The notes under the pieces were generated by a model. That model ran no database searches, was not told where the DNA came from, and saw only the letters and a list, made by a program, of their open reading frames with translations. From Octopus sinensis (lineage: Eukaryota), in contig NC_043001.1 in the NCBI RefSeq assembly GCF_006345805.1, positions 6,944,001 to 7,008,000 of the forward strand: 64,000 nt of DNA. The letters are read 5' to 3'. Positions 27,101 through 40,049 of this stretch are shown piece by piece; positions within the stretch are counted from its first letter, which is position 1, and each line of letters starts with the position of its first letter. A program made the translations under genes and the position numbers.

Positions 27101-29542
27101 GCACAGTTGTTACCGATGATGTTGACTTATTCTTCTTTTCGGATTATGGCTGCTGTTGCTTAGTGAGTGGGATTGACTCAGTGCACAGCCGTTCCTCACT
27201 CTAAAAGAATCTTCTTGCAAAGGCATTGTACGATAACAACATTGATTAACCTTCGTGTAATGGCCATAATCGATAACGAGGGGGCAGCCACCAAGCGTGT
27301 ATGAAAGTGTGTGTGTATGTATACGGTTATCGGTTTGTGTTGAACGATTCATGATGTGAAATCGAGTGTTGAAACCGATAGTGTATTTCGGGACGGTCAT
27401 TTATTGTTCCCAAATAAACACACGCACTGTATCTTTTTCTTCATCATTTATTACTGTTCTTATTTTATTATTTTAAATTTTGTCCATTGTCCGGAAATCT
27501 TTCGTGTGACTTCTTCAGCAGCCCTTTTGTTCTCGTGTGGGATCTTGCTCCACTTACTCCATTCTGTTCTTCTAAGGTGTGTATCGTTATATGCGCATGC
27601 GTTTGTGTCCTTGTTTGTCTTGTGTGTGTGACATAATTTAGCAGCAGTGTGGCCTTCCCCTCAACAGCCACATCCTCTCACCCCATTGTGCAGCTGCTGA
27701 CCTAAGACCCGCAAAATATAGTGCAGTTCTTCTTGTCTTCTCTGTAAGTGTTCGCCCACGTTGTTACCATTAATGTAGTTGCAGTTGTTAGTATTGCTAT
27801 CGTTGTCAGCGCCACTGTTGATGTCGTTGTTAATCATGTTGTTGGCACTGTTGTGGCCTTCCGTGAAATTTCTTGTGCGTGTGTTTGTTTGTGTGTATGT
27901 TGTATGTATGCGTACATATATATATATATAGAGGGGAGGTTTATTTATTGTTCTTCGCTATATCTAAATCATATATTTATGCCAGGTATGTGACAAATAT
28001 TTTTATATTTGTTTATTTATCAATTTATATCTTAATTTATTTGATTTTTTAAACATCGACATATTAAATACAGACTTGTTGGTCTCACATTGCTTCCTCT
28101 TACAACAGTACAAGTCGCTAAATATGATTCCGTTTTTGTGTATGGAATATTTCAATTTTCAGCAACATTCGAACCATGACGGTATCGACAACTTTTCTCT
28201 CATATCGTATACAGTAATAAATATACATACGAGTCAATCGACTTTAAAGTATTAGAGTAAAGTTTCAAAGATAATCGAGATAATCTTTCTTTTCCTTTTG
28301 TAGTTATATAGACGGCCAGGTGTATATAGTCGTCTTATTTCGCTCCGGTATCATGTATATTTGATATTTAGAGAATGTCTAAAATCTGAAATTCAAATAA
28401 CGATATTCGAAACATATTTTCGATCACTTCAAATAAGTTCAGGAGGTTTTTGAATTGTAAAAACGCCATTTTGCCTTCGGTTTCTCAATTTAAAGAAAAC
28501 CTGAAAGCATCAAAGTAATTTTAAAACATGATTTCTTAGGAGAGAGAACTTTCAATCATTTAGGAGTTATTCTCTGGGCATTTGGTAGTGATGAGAGCAT
28601 AAAAGCCCCAAGGTACATATATCAATCCATAGAGGGCGCTTTGAAATGTCTCTGCCGTTCAATACTCTGCGTTAGGGCGATTTTATTCTCCATAGTACAC
28701 CATCATCGAAATAGGCTTTTTTTTTCGGGCCAAATGAGTCGCTACCCTATTTCAAGAGATCGAAAACAGAGGTTATTTAACAATTCTGTTTCGTTTCCCG
28801 ACCCTTTATTTCGCTGCTCCTTGAACTGCATTATATGCGTGTGCCAGATTCATAGTAAGATATTTCCTAGAAAATTTCGTATCTCATATGTATTTCACTG
28901 CAAACGCCTACACATCAATTATATAATGGATTACTCTCTTAAAATATATATAATCAACAACAAATTGTAAAATACTTCGCTGTGAAACATGAAATATGTT
29001 ACAAATATATAACAAATATTTTATCAAAATCATTTACGTAGGAATATAGAATAAGATTTTGCTAAATATAATAAATTATATAACAGATCTAATCGGTTAT
29101 TGGATGAAATGCAATTAAAATGATAAGATATTTAGTGCGAAATGAAGAATCAACGAAAAATTAATCTTCAAAATTTATAGGTAGTTTTATCTGTGAAAAC
29201 ATTATAAATATGTATTTATAATTTACTTGAAGCCTTTTTTACTTAATGAATTAAACGATTAAATATAGATTATTATAAACGATTATTATAAACAATTAAA
29301 ATCATTTCCGCCTAAAAAGAATGAAAAATATTGAAAATCATTAGGTTTAATAAATTTAAGGTTATTACAGATTGCAAAATTCTATTCAATCCATAGTAAT
29401 TTCAGTTAAAGAGTATTTATACAGATTACGGATCGATATAAAATATTTATACATACACATACATATAAATATAAATATAAATAAAATAAAAATATAAATA
29501 TATATATGTATATATATATATGTATATTATATGTATATATAT

Positions 29543-29587
<45 letters not shown>

Positions 29588-29739
29588 ACAATTGAATAAA
29601 TAAAACATATGTATACATACATATGTGTACATACCTACATCTATATGTATATATACATGCATATATGAGCACAGGACACCACAAATAAACGTAGAACAAA
29701 ACGAGAAACGAAAACATAGAAACAAAGCAAGGAAACGGA

Positions 29740-29791
<52 letters not shown>

Positions 29792-30480
29792 CGTCCTTAC
29801 AGTAGACGCCATCATAGGCGTGTTTTATATGCATACATTCACAAACAACCCAGACGCACACATTAAATGCAGTCTTCTACCATCTGCGAATATCACAAAT
29901 TGCAAGTTATACTTTGCCAGCCTATATGAATATAATATACATTTTCACATACGCGCGCGCAGATACGTTCGTGGATATATAGACGGCGGGGGGGGGGGCT
30001 TGTATGCCTGTAGTCCACAAATATTTCAATGCAGACAATATACGGTGAGCAGGTACAATGCCTATAGAATATTTTTGGTGTGATTGTAAATTTACACATG
30101 GTATATATAATAATGGTTGTTGTTCATTTAAAGTGTTTGCCGTTGGCTTTGTTGGGTGTGGTTTGTGATTTGATTTTTTAATTTTGTATAGAAATGTCTG
30201 GAAGTGAAATGGAAGAAGTGAATGTTATATCGAGGGCGCGTCGTATGTATATGTATATATATTTGTGTGTGTGTCTGTGTGTCTCTGAGTATTTTTGTGT
30301 GTGATTTTATGTATATATATATCTATCTCTATATATATCCATGTGCGTGTTTGTGTGTATGTCTTTGTGTGTTTGTTCTTCATCATTGCTTGACAACCGG
30401 TTTTGGTTAAAGAGGCCGATACAATAACTACTAGGCGGTGTTCCAGTATGGCAACAGCCAAATAGCTCAAAGAATTAAAA

Positions 30481-30548
<68 letters not shown>

Positions 30549-30711
30549 TCAGTTCACTCAAGAAGAACTCCCAACTCGAATAGCCCATGACACCACGAAA
30601 GTTGACCTAAAAAGAGTTTAGATAATCCAATCATGTTGTGCTATTAAGTTAGACATAGATCTGAACAAACTTTGGTCGAAACATATCTAAGTTTATCTAC
30701 AAATATATATA

Positions 30712-30782
<71 letters not shown>

Positions 30783-30786
<4 letters not shown>

Positions 30787-31179
30787 TTTTATTTGTTTCA
30801 GTCATTTGATCTTGACTGCGGCTATGCTAGAGCACCGCCTTCAGTCGAACAAATCGACCCGAGGACTTAATTTTTGTAATCCTAGTACAAATTCTATCGT
30901 TCTTACGCTAAGTTACCGGGACGTAAACGCAGCAGCATTGGTTGTCAAGTGATATTGGGTAGATAAACATAGACACCCCCCCACACACACACATATATAC
31001 ATATATATATATATATGACGGGCTTCTTTCAGTTTCCGTCTACCAAATCCACTCACAAGGCGTTTTGTCGGCCTGAGGCTATAGAAGAAGATACTTGCCC
31101 AAAGTGCCACGCAGTAGCACTGAACCCGGAACCATGTGGTTGGTAATCAAGCTATTTACCACACACCACTCCTGCACCT
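30783..31179 (-). mobile_element. SINE family A, near full length
   Basis: Head AGGTGCAGGAGTGGTGTGTGG, core GGCACTTTGGGCAAGTATCTTC, tail GCGGTGCTCTAGCATAGCCGCAGTC. Confidence 0.88.
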
Positions 31180-31180
31180 A

Positions 31181-31212
<32 letters not shown>

Positions 31213-32994
31213 TTATTACTCTTTCCTCCAAAATTGTTGCTAGTATTATAAACACCTGTAACATTATTTCACATATATCAGTATATGATTATATTGCATA
31301 ACATAATAATTTGAAAATTATTATTGTTTTCTTTCTCTTGGCTGAGATTTTTCAAATACTAAATTAACCGTTTCGTTACTTGATAGTGTCGTAAATGTCT
31401 CAAATTTTATACTTTGCTGATTAACACATTGTCGTATATTTATGCCAACAAACGTCGCAAGAAGCTTTGTGAAGGGTAGGGCATTAGACACATATTTAGA
31501 CGCCCCATCTCACAGAATCCAATTATTTCAGAGATTCAATCTGTGAAAATTTGGAAAGCTAGGAGAAAATAACAAGTGGGCTAACGCTATGGGTAATGGG
31601 GGGAAAAAAAGGAAATATGCATCATTATCTTATTTGCTTTGAGCCTCTTATACCCCTTGCAGATTTGTCAAATTTTATATCGTTCATTCCTAGAGAAAAC
31701 AAAAGCGAATAGAAAACAATATAGTTATTGAAATTCAGATTCTTGTCTTATTTTTCTTTGGGAGATGACAGTCACAAAGCAATTACGATCTGCAGAAGTA
31801 AGGTTAGAAAAAGGTTAGTCGTAAACAAATAAACCTTAACGAAAAAATGGATAAATATTTGGAGCTGGCATTTAGCTGAATTTCGCAATTCTCAGTTTTT
31901 GTGGAAGAGGTGCGGTTACAAGTGCAAGTAATTATCATGTGCAACCTTGCTCGATATTTTCTGAAAAAGCTGTCACAGAAGGGATTTATTAGGATTAAGG
32001 GCTTTTCTATGTTAATGAAAGCAAATTATGAAATGAACGCTTCAAAAATAGCAATTTTCGAAAAAAGGAAGTTTGCAATACGAAGTGCTTCTGATGAGAA
32101 ACCGCTTAATTTTCAATTTTCAATTTAGTCACGTGTTATTTCATGTAAAGAATGCTAGGAGTTTTACAGGCTATAACCGAAATTCTTCTGCACTTCTTAG
32201 AACACATCTTGGACTCCAACTTATTTTTCTGATATGTTTATTTTTAATCCTAAACATTTACTAGCATAAAAAAAGTTTTGTAAGACGTATTCTTCCGAAG
32301 ATTTCTGTAATTTGACGCCTTCAAACGCTTTATTCCTTTTTAGAAGAACTTCTACGCAAACCATTGATATAACGACAAAATAGATGTTCATTGCCACATT
32401 TCGGGAAAGGAATTAATAAAAGAAAAATGCAATTTTCAAGAGATGCTTAGAATGTGACAACAAAAATGATAGCAATATAGAAATATATGTCGTCACGTTG
32501 CTCAGTGAGGCAAAATACTAATGAAGGAATATAGGGAATGTCCATTCAGACACATTAAAATGGAGAATTAAGAAGAGATAGTAATTACAGTCTGTGTGAT
32601 GGAGTTTGCTTTCGAAGAATTACGCAGGAGAAATATTGTTATAGATATATCATTCAGTGTAGCGCAGGACAACTCAACCTCTGCACTAAGTTACGTTTAT
32701 CTCGAGGGTTACTTGAGCCATCTGCAAACAACTTCTTTCATGGTTTATGTGTACACATGCATGTTTTGTACGCCTACACATTTGGTGACTAATAAAACTC
32801 TACAGAGTACGCCCAATTTTAGAGATGCTTCCTTTTTTTTGTATAAGCAACATTTCCTATCATAGTTCGAGATACATTCCAAAGCTTACCTAAGTAAGGA
32901 ACCGGTAAATAAGCAAAAATAATTCATTTATTTCCAGTGTAAAATTAACTACTTACACACCCAAAATTATACTTTTCATAGTATGCATTTTATT

Positions 32995-33034
<40 letters not shown>

Positions 33035-33208
33035 TAAGAAAGTTTGTTTGGTAAAGCACGTGGGTGAATATATAAGAAAATAGTAAAGTGTGAAAAAACG
33101 ACAGAAGGCTTAAATGTTAAAAAATATATATATTTGTGTCAAAATGTCTGGAGAATATTGGAAAAATTTTTTTCCTTTCCTTAAAATGACATAATTTTAA
33201 AATTTTTA

Positions 33209-33248
33209 AAGAAATTACCGGTTTCGCGTGTAGCTTTTCAAATTTCTT
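33209..33248 (-). ncRNA. Minimal type I hammerhead ribozyme-like motif with U3-A8 core
   Basis: Minus strand: AAGAAAT | TTGAAAA | GC TACAC GC | GAA | ACCGGT | A | ATTTCTT. This gives a 7-bp stem I, short stem II, palindromic stem III and a GUA cleavage triplet. Confidence 0.6.
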
Positions 33249-33319
33249 GTGACGTTATGTTTATATTGCATGGAGTTATCGTTGTATACTCCCATATATA
33301 TATATGGGAGTATATATAC

Positions 33320-35040
33320 TTTCTAGAACTTCGTCCATACCCACACCCCGAAACCTCCATTCTTTCTTTTAGCTATACTCGGCCTCTCCCTTGACTGTTT
33401 CCTGCTCCCAGGGAAGTTACACTATCAACTCTCGGAAGATGACCATGGTAACAAGAATGCACCCCATCTATGGCAGCCTTTTCGTCAATTTTCTTGAGGC
33501 CCAAATATTCTCACATGTAACTGGTCCTACTCCTGATCAATATAGTTGCCTTATTGACGCCTATATCGGCGCTACCTCACTCATCGGTGAACATCTTGGC
33601 TCCTTCCGCTCTCATATACCTGGCACCCGACCTGGCTCATCCTCTTTCTCTCAAAAACTCTTTCGCACCAGCCACTACCTCTCCAACACCACTACTCTCA
33701 CAAGCACCGAACACCGCCCAACTTACATCGCCGACTCATTTATCTGCATATACAGCAAGTCATTTACTGCATCTCCTTCTTTCTCTTTGCCTCTGTCCTT
33801 CTCTGTACATTGGTCAAATGGTACGCTGATTGCAGACCGGTTCACAGAGCACTTCCAAGACATCAGACTTGGCAATGAGAACCCGGTCTCGGGCCATTTG
33901 CGCTCAACCGGTCATTCGCTACAACATCTGTTTTTGTTCGGGCTGCCTTTGTACGGGTGCCACCCGAAGTCCCGCCTCCGCCATGAGCAGGAATTTGATC
34001 TTCCTCTCTTCAGGTCTTTGCTCTTAATGGCCTTAAATACGCCACCTATCTTCGTCTAAAACGAATCACACACGTATCCTCACACACCCTAGTATACTTA
34101 CTGCTCTTCCACTCCACCCCACACCTGTCCAACTCAGTACTTCCAACAGACACACTATTAAGGAAACACTCATACACACTGTTCAAAAGCGTACTCACAA
34201 CACACTCCACCACGCATCCCTGGTACTTATTGATTCGACCCTGAAAGGATGAAAGGCAAAGTCGACATCGGTGGAGTTTAAACGCAGAACGTAACATCAG
34301 TCGAAATACCGGTAAGAACTTCGCCTGGCGTGCTAACGATTCTGCCAGCTCGCCGCATAACAGATACAGCCTCACACACATTTACACACGTCCATACACA
34401 TAAACACACATATTTTCACAAAATTCACATCACTCTACACAATGCACGCACTGGGTTTCTTATACACTTATACATGCACGCTGCCATAGACACACATGTT
34501 TTCATCTCACTCACACATACATTCGCTTTCGCTCGCCCCCATTTAGGGATGCACACTCACCTACACCATTTTTACACACATCATCACCGATGTTACCCTC
34601 ATCATCATCTACATATTCTTCTACACATCCTTCCCCATAACCATCTTAACTGTCTTCATCAGCATCATGGTCATCACCAGGTTTCGGAAGATGTCCATGG
34701 GAACAAGAATGAGACCCATCTACGGTACCTTCTTCGTCGGTTTCGATGAGGCCCAAATATTCTCATCTCATTAGTTCAGCCGGCACTAGTTCCCCTTCTC
34801 GCAACCTTTTTTCTTTGAATCTTTTCATCATGCTGAACCATTAATCCTTACTTATGTTCTTTCACTCTCAGTTCTCTTTTTTTTTTTCTTTATCTCTCCA
34901 TGTTTTTCCTCTCAACTCTTTCTGTAGAAGAGCGTAGCCTCGAAACGGCAAAACCTTTTCCCCTCCTTCTCGAGCGTCAAACTAATACACTTGCTTGCTG
35001 TCTCCTCATTTATAATCAAAATGCAAATAATAAAAATAAA
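33320..35040 (+). mobile_element. Penelope-like element remnant (RT fragment, GIY-YIG endonuclease, partial tandem duplication, 3' module)
   Basis: AMG-region RT remnant (~33430-33520) repeated at ~34680-34770. GIY-YIG-like SLCPSLYIGQ-..IADRFTEHFQDIRLGNENPVSGHLRSTGHSLQH..RLRHEQE..ALNTPPIFV* at ~33790-34059. Hammerhead-like motif at 34917-34955. Confidence 0.8.
34221..34356 (-). mobile_element. SINE family B nested in the Penelope-like element
   Basis: GCGGCGAGCTGGCAGAATCGTTAGCACGCC head and central domain on the minus strand. Confidence 0.85.
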
Positions 35041-35276
35041 GCACATCCACACAGTATCAACACATTTACTTGGTACTACACAACCGCATAATGCAACATA
35101 GATAGCTCCAAGCCAACCAGAGACACTTTCACATGGAAAAATAACAAACATGAATTAACCAATGCAAACACACATAATACATACACGCACACTCATACAT
35201 TTCACTGTCACGCGCAAGAGGAATAACTAAATAATAACACAAAAATCACACATGTACGGTTGGATGTATATGTGTG

Positions 35277-35279
<3 letters not shown>

Positions 35280-35310
<31 letters not shown>

Positions 35311-35411
35311 TGTATGTATGTATGTATGTATGTAGATAGATCGACAGGCAGACGGATAGATAGATTGAGAGGGAGAGATAAATAGATAGAGAAATAGACA
35401 GACAGATATAT

Positions 35412-35442
<31 letters not shown>

Positions 35443-35492
35443 TAGATAAGGAGATAGATAGGTAGATAAATAGATAGACAGAGTGATTGATT

Positions 35493-35546
<54 letters not shown>

Positions 35547-35560
35547 GAGATAGAGAGAGA
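35280..35560. repeat. (GTAT)n/(GATA)n microsatellite
   Basis: Directly visible. Confidence 0.96.
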
Positions 35561-36629
35561 GATGCATATGTATATATGAATAAATGTATTTCCATATGCA
35601 TCTATATTATAATATATCTGTATATACACACGAAGCGTATACGCAGACACACAAAGAGAGACACAACTTTTGTATATATGTTGTTATTCCTCAGCGTCCC
35701 GTAACATGTAGACCGATATATAAACCAGAAATAGTTAATGGCTTCCTTATGTTCAACAAAACATTTGTAGCCGATGTCCCAGAATTGCCATACTAAAATC
35801 AGTGAAACTAGTGAAAAAATATACACGTAGAAATAAACAGTACCTCTCCTTACACACACACATACACACATTCACTAGTTTACAAGAATCGAAACATTTT
35901 TTTCTATATTTATGCACATATATGGATTATTGTCTGTAGGGCAGTAAATCTAATTGAGAGTGAGATATATTTTCGATATCAATACACATATAAATGCGTG
36001 TTTATTTGTGTGAATATATCTTCTGGCAGGCCGGGCCAATGTGCGAGTAAGTGTATGTATTTATAAACTTATATATATATTTATAGCTATATAATTATAC
36101 GTAACGCTATTATTATTTTTCACTTATGAATTGTACAATTTTACAAATGTGACGCTTCGTTTATTTAATGAAAATACAGTATTTGATAAATGACTACATG
36201 AAAATTGTTCCGTCTACTGACTTGTTATGTTCTGATATTCTTCAGAGATGGCCATTATTCAAAGTAGTTCCAAAACTTCCATCATTTATCATTTAAGTAT
36301 CCGTTCGAATAATTATCGTTTCAAATGTAGCTCAAAATAGAAAGTACTTAACTAATGAAACTGTACAGATTTTACACCTGCGATATAGAGGTATACAAAG
36401 AGATAGAGAGAGTCAGAGAGCGAGAGAGAGAGAGAGAAATAAAGGAAGAGAGAGAGCGAGAGAGAGAAAGAGGAAGAGATAGAGTGGGAGAGTTAAAGAA
36501 GAGGGGGAAACACTTATGTATTTGTGCTTATATGTATTATTAATATGTATATGCGAGTGTATATATATGTATGTAATAGTTATACATTTCTGTATGTATA
36601 TGAAAATGTATATAATAAACATGAATACA

Positions 36630-36669
<40 letters not shown>

Positions 36670-37223
36670 GTTTGTGTTGTGTGTGTTGTTGTGTGTGGTG
36701 TGTGTGGTGTGTGTGTGGTGTGTGGTGTGGTGTGTGTCATATATGGTATGATATGTCTGCAAGCCACCTATCTTTTAGAACCATGGTATTGATATTCATA
36801 ACCATATGTCTATATTCCACACCGACATATAAACAATGGTTTCAGTCTGTATCTGTGATTTAAATAATTTATTTTAATATGTTAAGTGCTAAACATTTTT
36901 ACATCTTAATACTGACGTCCATTACATTTAATATCAGGTACATCATATACTACGGAAGTACAGGCTCGTGGAGGGGAAATAATATATGCTTTTAATGTTG
37001 TATACTATTACCGTGTCCTTTCCATGTGTCCATAGATCATTTTTATGTTTAACTCTGTACAAAAAAAAATCATTGTACGCCCCATTATTTTAAAACTGTT
37101 TTATCTGCAGTGGAGCAAATCGCTTGTAGTTATTTTACCGACCTCGAAATGTTTTCAACACGTTTAATACTTCTAAGCAAATTATTTACTTATATACATA
37201 CATATGTATAATATATATATATA

Positions 37224-37254
<31 letters not shown>

Positions 37255-37618
37255 TTAATATATATATATATGTGTGTGTGTATATTATATATATAATATG
37301 TGTGTATATATATATATATATCTGTGTGGTATGTGGTGTGTTGTATGTATATATATTATACGGGCCCCCAGCATGACTACACTCTCAAGGCTGAAACATA
37401 AAGAGTATAAATGAATATTGATATATACATACACATACACACTCGCGCGCACACACATATATACACATACATATATACATACATAATATATATATGTACA
37501 TATATTAATGTATGCATAAAAATATATATAATTCATACATATATATATATGTCCATATTTATATATGCATATACACACCACACCAACCACACACACACAC
37601 ACCACACACACACACACC

Positions 37619-37655
<37 letters not shown>

Positions 37656-37663
37656 ATTTATTA

Positions 37664-37778
37664 TATAGAAGGAGCTTATCTACAGGACTGACACTGTTTT
37701 ATTCAAGAGAAATCTCAGGAAGCTTCCTGAAGATTTCTCTTGAATGAACAGTTCTATCCTGTAGAAGCTCCTTCTATA
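37664..37778. repeat. ~115-bp imperfect palindrome made of two decayed head-to-head hammerhead-like halves
   Basis: Centre AAGCTT at 37720-37725. Right arm: AGCTTC CTGAAGA TTTCTCTTGAAT GAA-CAG TTCTATC CTGT A GAAGCT. Confidence 0.85.
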
Positions 37779-37865
37779 TAAAAATTAATTTTACTCTACT
37801 ATGTATTGAGTACCTTATTTAATGTGGTTAACCCCGAATCAACCCGGGACCTACATATATATATA

Positions 37866-37900
<35 letters not shown>

Positions 37901-38519
37901 CCGGCTGTATATGCGATCACTTCCTGTAAAGAAGATATTCACATGCTATAAATCGTCGGGTTTGAAGCTTGTGTTGGACGTGACCATAAACCGTGTGGCA
38001 CTGAAGGAACCGTTTTGTCAAAATGACTTGACCTGGCTGTTGCAGTGCCTGCAGTAGACAGACAGCTCTCGTTTGGCAACAATATGAACTTATCTCCTTT
38101 TGTTCATCATTTTCAGCATTCTAACAAAATGTCCACGTAAAGATAGATATCAATGTTAATAGTACTACTGTCGCTATTCACTACTAGTACGTGTATGGGC
38201 TACTTACGATGTCAGACCTTCGAAAGATGCTGAAATTCTGTTTAGATGTGGGATGAGATTCAACGAGCATGCGACTAGCGGACGCCTGCAATTAAGGACG
38301 CAATCACTTGGTATCGCAAATCCGGTGCGTGTAGCCTGCAGCGGAATACACACACGTGCTTGTGTACACCATGCATCGTATCACAGGTCTTCTCAATATA
38401 CATAACGCAAAATTGGACATTCCAGAACCACATGATTGTTAAATAGAATGCAATGATTTACATATATCAACATTTTTTCATTTAAAGGTGTTCGTCCAGT
38501 TTCAATAGACGATGATATG

Positions 38520-39140
38520 TTAATTAGTCAAAACGCTTCTTACATTAGGGATCCATACCTATCACTCTTACATACTATAATTATATTCAGTTTGACGAGC
38601 CGAATGTTGTTGTTAAAGAATTTACACCGTAGCAGAAAGTCTAATTAAGGCCTAATTAACGATCTAAATAAAGATTTCGTATTGCCTTCCAATACTTGGG
38701 ATGTTTCTTAAAGTCTTCTTTCCATGTCAACTGGGTCTAAGACATGTTTCTTCTGCTGCATTCATCAAGTAGCTTGAAAACAGTGTTTCTGCATGTTTCT
38801 TCTTAATTAGTGTATAGTAATTAGTAGAAAATGCTTCTTAAATTAGAGATCCATACCTAAAATAGTTCTTAAGTGACATGAATAGATTCAGTTGGGTTTA
38901 GTGAACATTTCTGCGAAGTAATTGACGCTGGAGCAGAAAGTCTAATTAATTCCTAATTACGTGACTTATTAAAACTTCTTAATTCCATACCCGTTATTTT
39001 TTCTTAAGTTTTCATTTAAGTATCACTTGTATCTAGGATTAATAGTCAATGTGAATCCTTACTGCTGCTTAAAGTCTAATTGAATTAATTATTTACACAA
39101 TTTGATTATCTCATAATTAGTTAATCCATACCTAAGCACA
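38520..39140. repeat. Degenerate tandem repeat, ~145-bp monomer in a ~298-bp higher-order unit
   Basis: TAATTAGT..GCTTCTTA.ATTAG.GATCCATACCTA recurs at ~38521 and ~38818 (partly at ~39115); GCAGAAAGTCTAATTAA at ~38632 and ~38932; CCATACC-like motif about every 135-160 bp. Confidence 0.7.
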
Positions 39141-39714
39141 CTTATGAATCACGTTTCATGGTATTAGGACCATTTGTACACATTGTGTCCTGCTAGTATT
39201 TTAGAACTTCAAGTATAATCAAATCAGGATTGGCTACTGCATTGTGACGGCCAGATCGATAAAAACCATTTAAATTCCACTCAATAAAATACGTCTGAAT
39301 AGATAGAAGAAGAGAAGCACGTTCTGACCTTTCATGCTATATTAAGCAAATAATCTATTAATGAGGTCGACCGATCATAGAGGCAGAAGAGGTCACGTAG
39401 CTATATATAAACAAACGTGTACAACATGAAAAAAAAGTCTGTTTCTACATAAACGTAGATTTATACTAAAACATTAATGTAGAACACGAACAGTCATTTG
39501 TATAGATTATTTATTTGTATTTGCGTATTTGCATATTTCTATTAGATGCTGTATGATACGTTTCTTTGGTTCATTTTGTACCTAAATATTGGCCAAACAT
39601 GAAAGCCATTACATGGTCAGGGGTCATGCAATAATTAACAACCAAATTCCTCCACATTGCATAATTCTGATTCAAAATATATTAAAACACATATCATTAT
39701 TATGCCAGCAGATC

Positions 39715-39915
39715 TGGCACAATTGTTAGCAGGCGAGGGAAAATGCTTAACGCCATTTCGTCTGTCTTTTTGCTCCGAATTCATACTCTGCCGAGGTTGA
39801 CTTTACCATTCATCCTATCGGCGTCGTAAAAATTAAGTACCAGCTGATGACTTGGTTCGATGCAATTAACTTACAGCAACCACGAAGTTACTAGCCTTCT
39901 TCCAAATTTGAAAGG
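39715..39915 (+). mobile_element. SINE family B, degenerate
   Basis: GTTAGCAGGCGAGGGAAAATGCTTAAC head, GAGGTTGACTTTACCATTCATCC domain, CCAAATTTGAAA tail. Confidence 0.7.
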
Positions 39916-40049
39916 ATTTATATGTCTGTAAAGAGATAGAATTGGATTTTAATGTAGGCGTGTTGATATCATCAACCCTTAATACAACAGTGAAGAATTT
40001 ATGCGCATACGCTCGTTCTTTCTAAACTGCATGAGTATAAGAAGTTAGG

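Noticed and set aside
36670-36740. (GTGTG/TGTGG)n tract as possible telomeric repeat
   Set aside because: Not TTAGGG-type; an irregular TG microsatellite variant.
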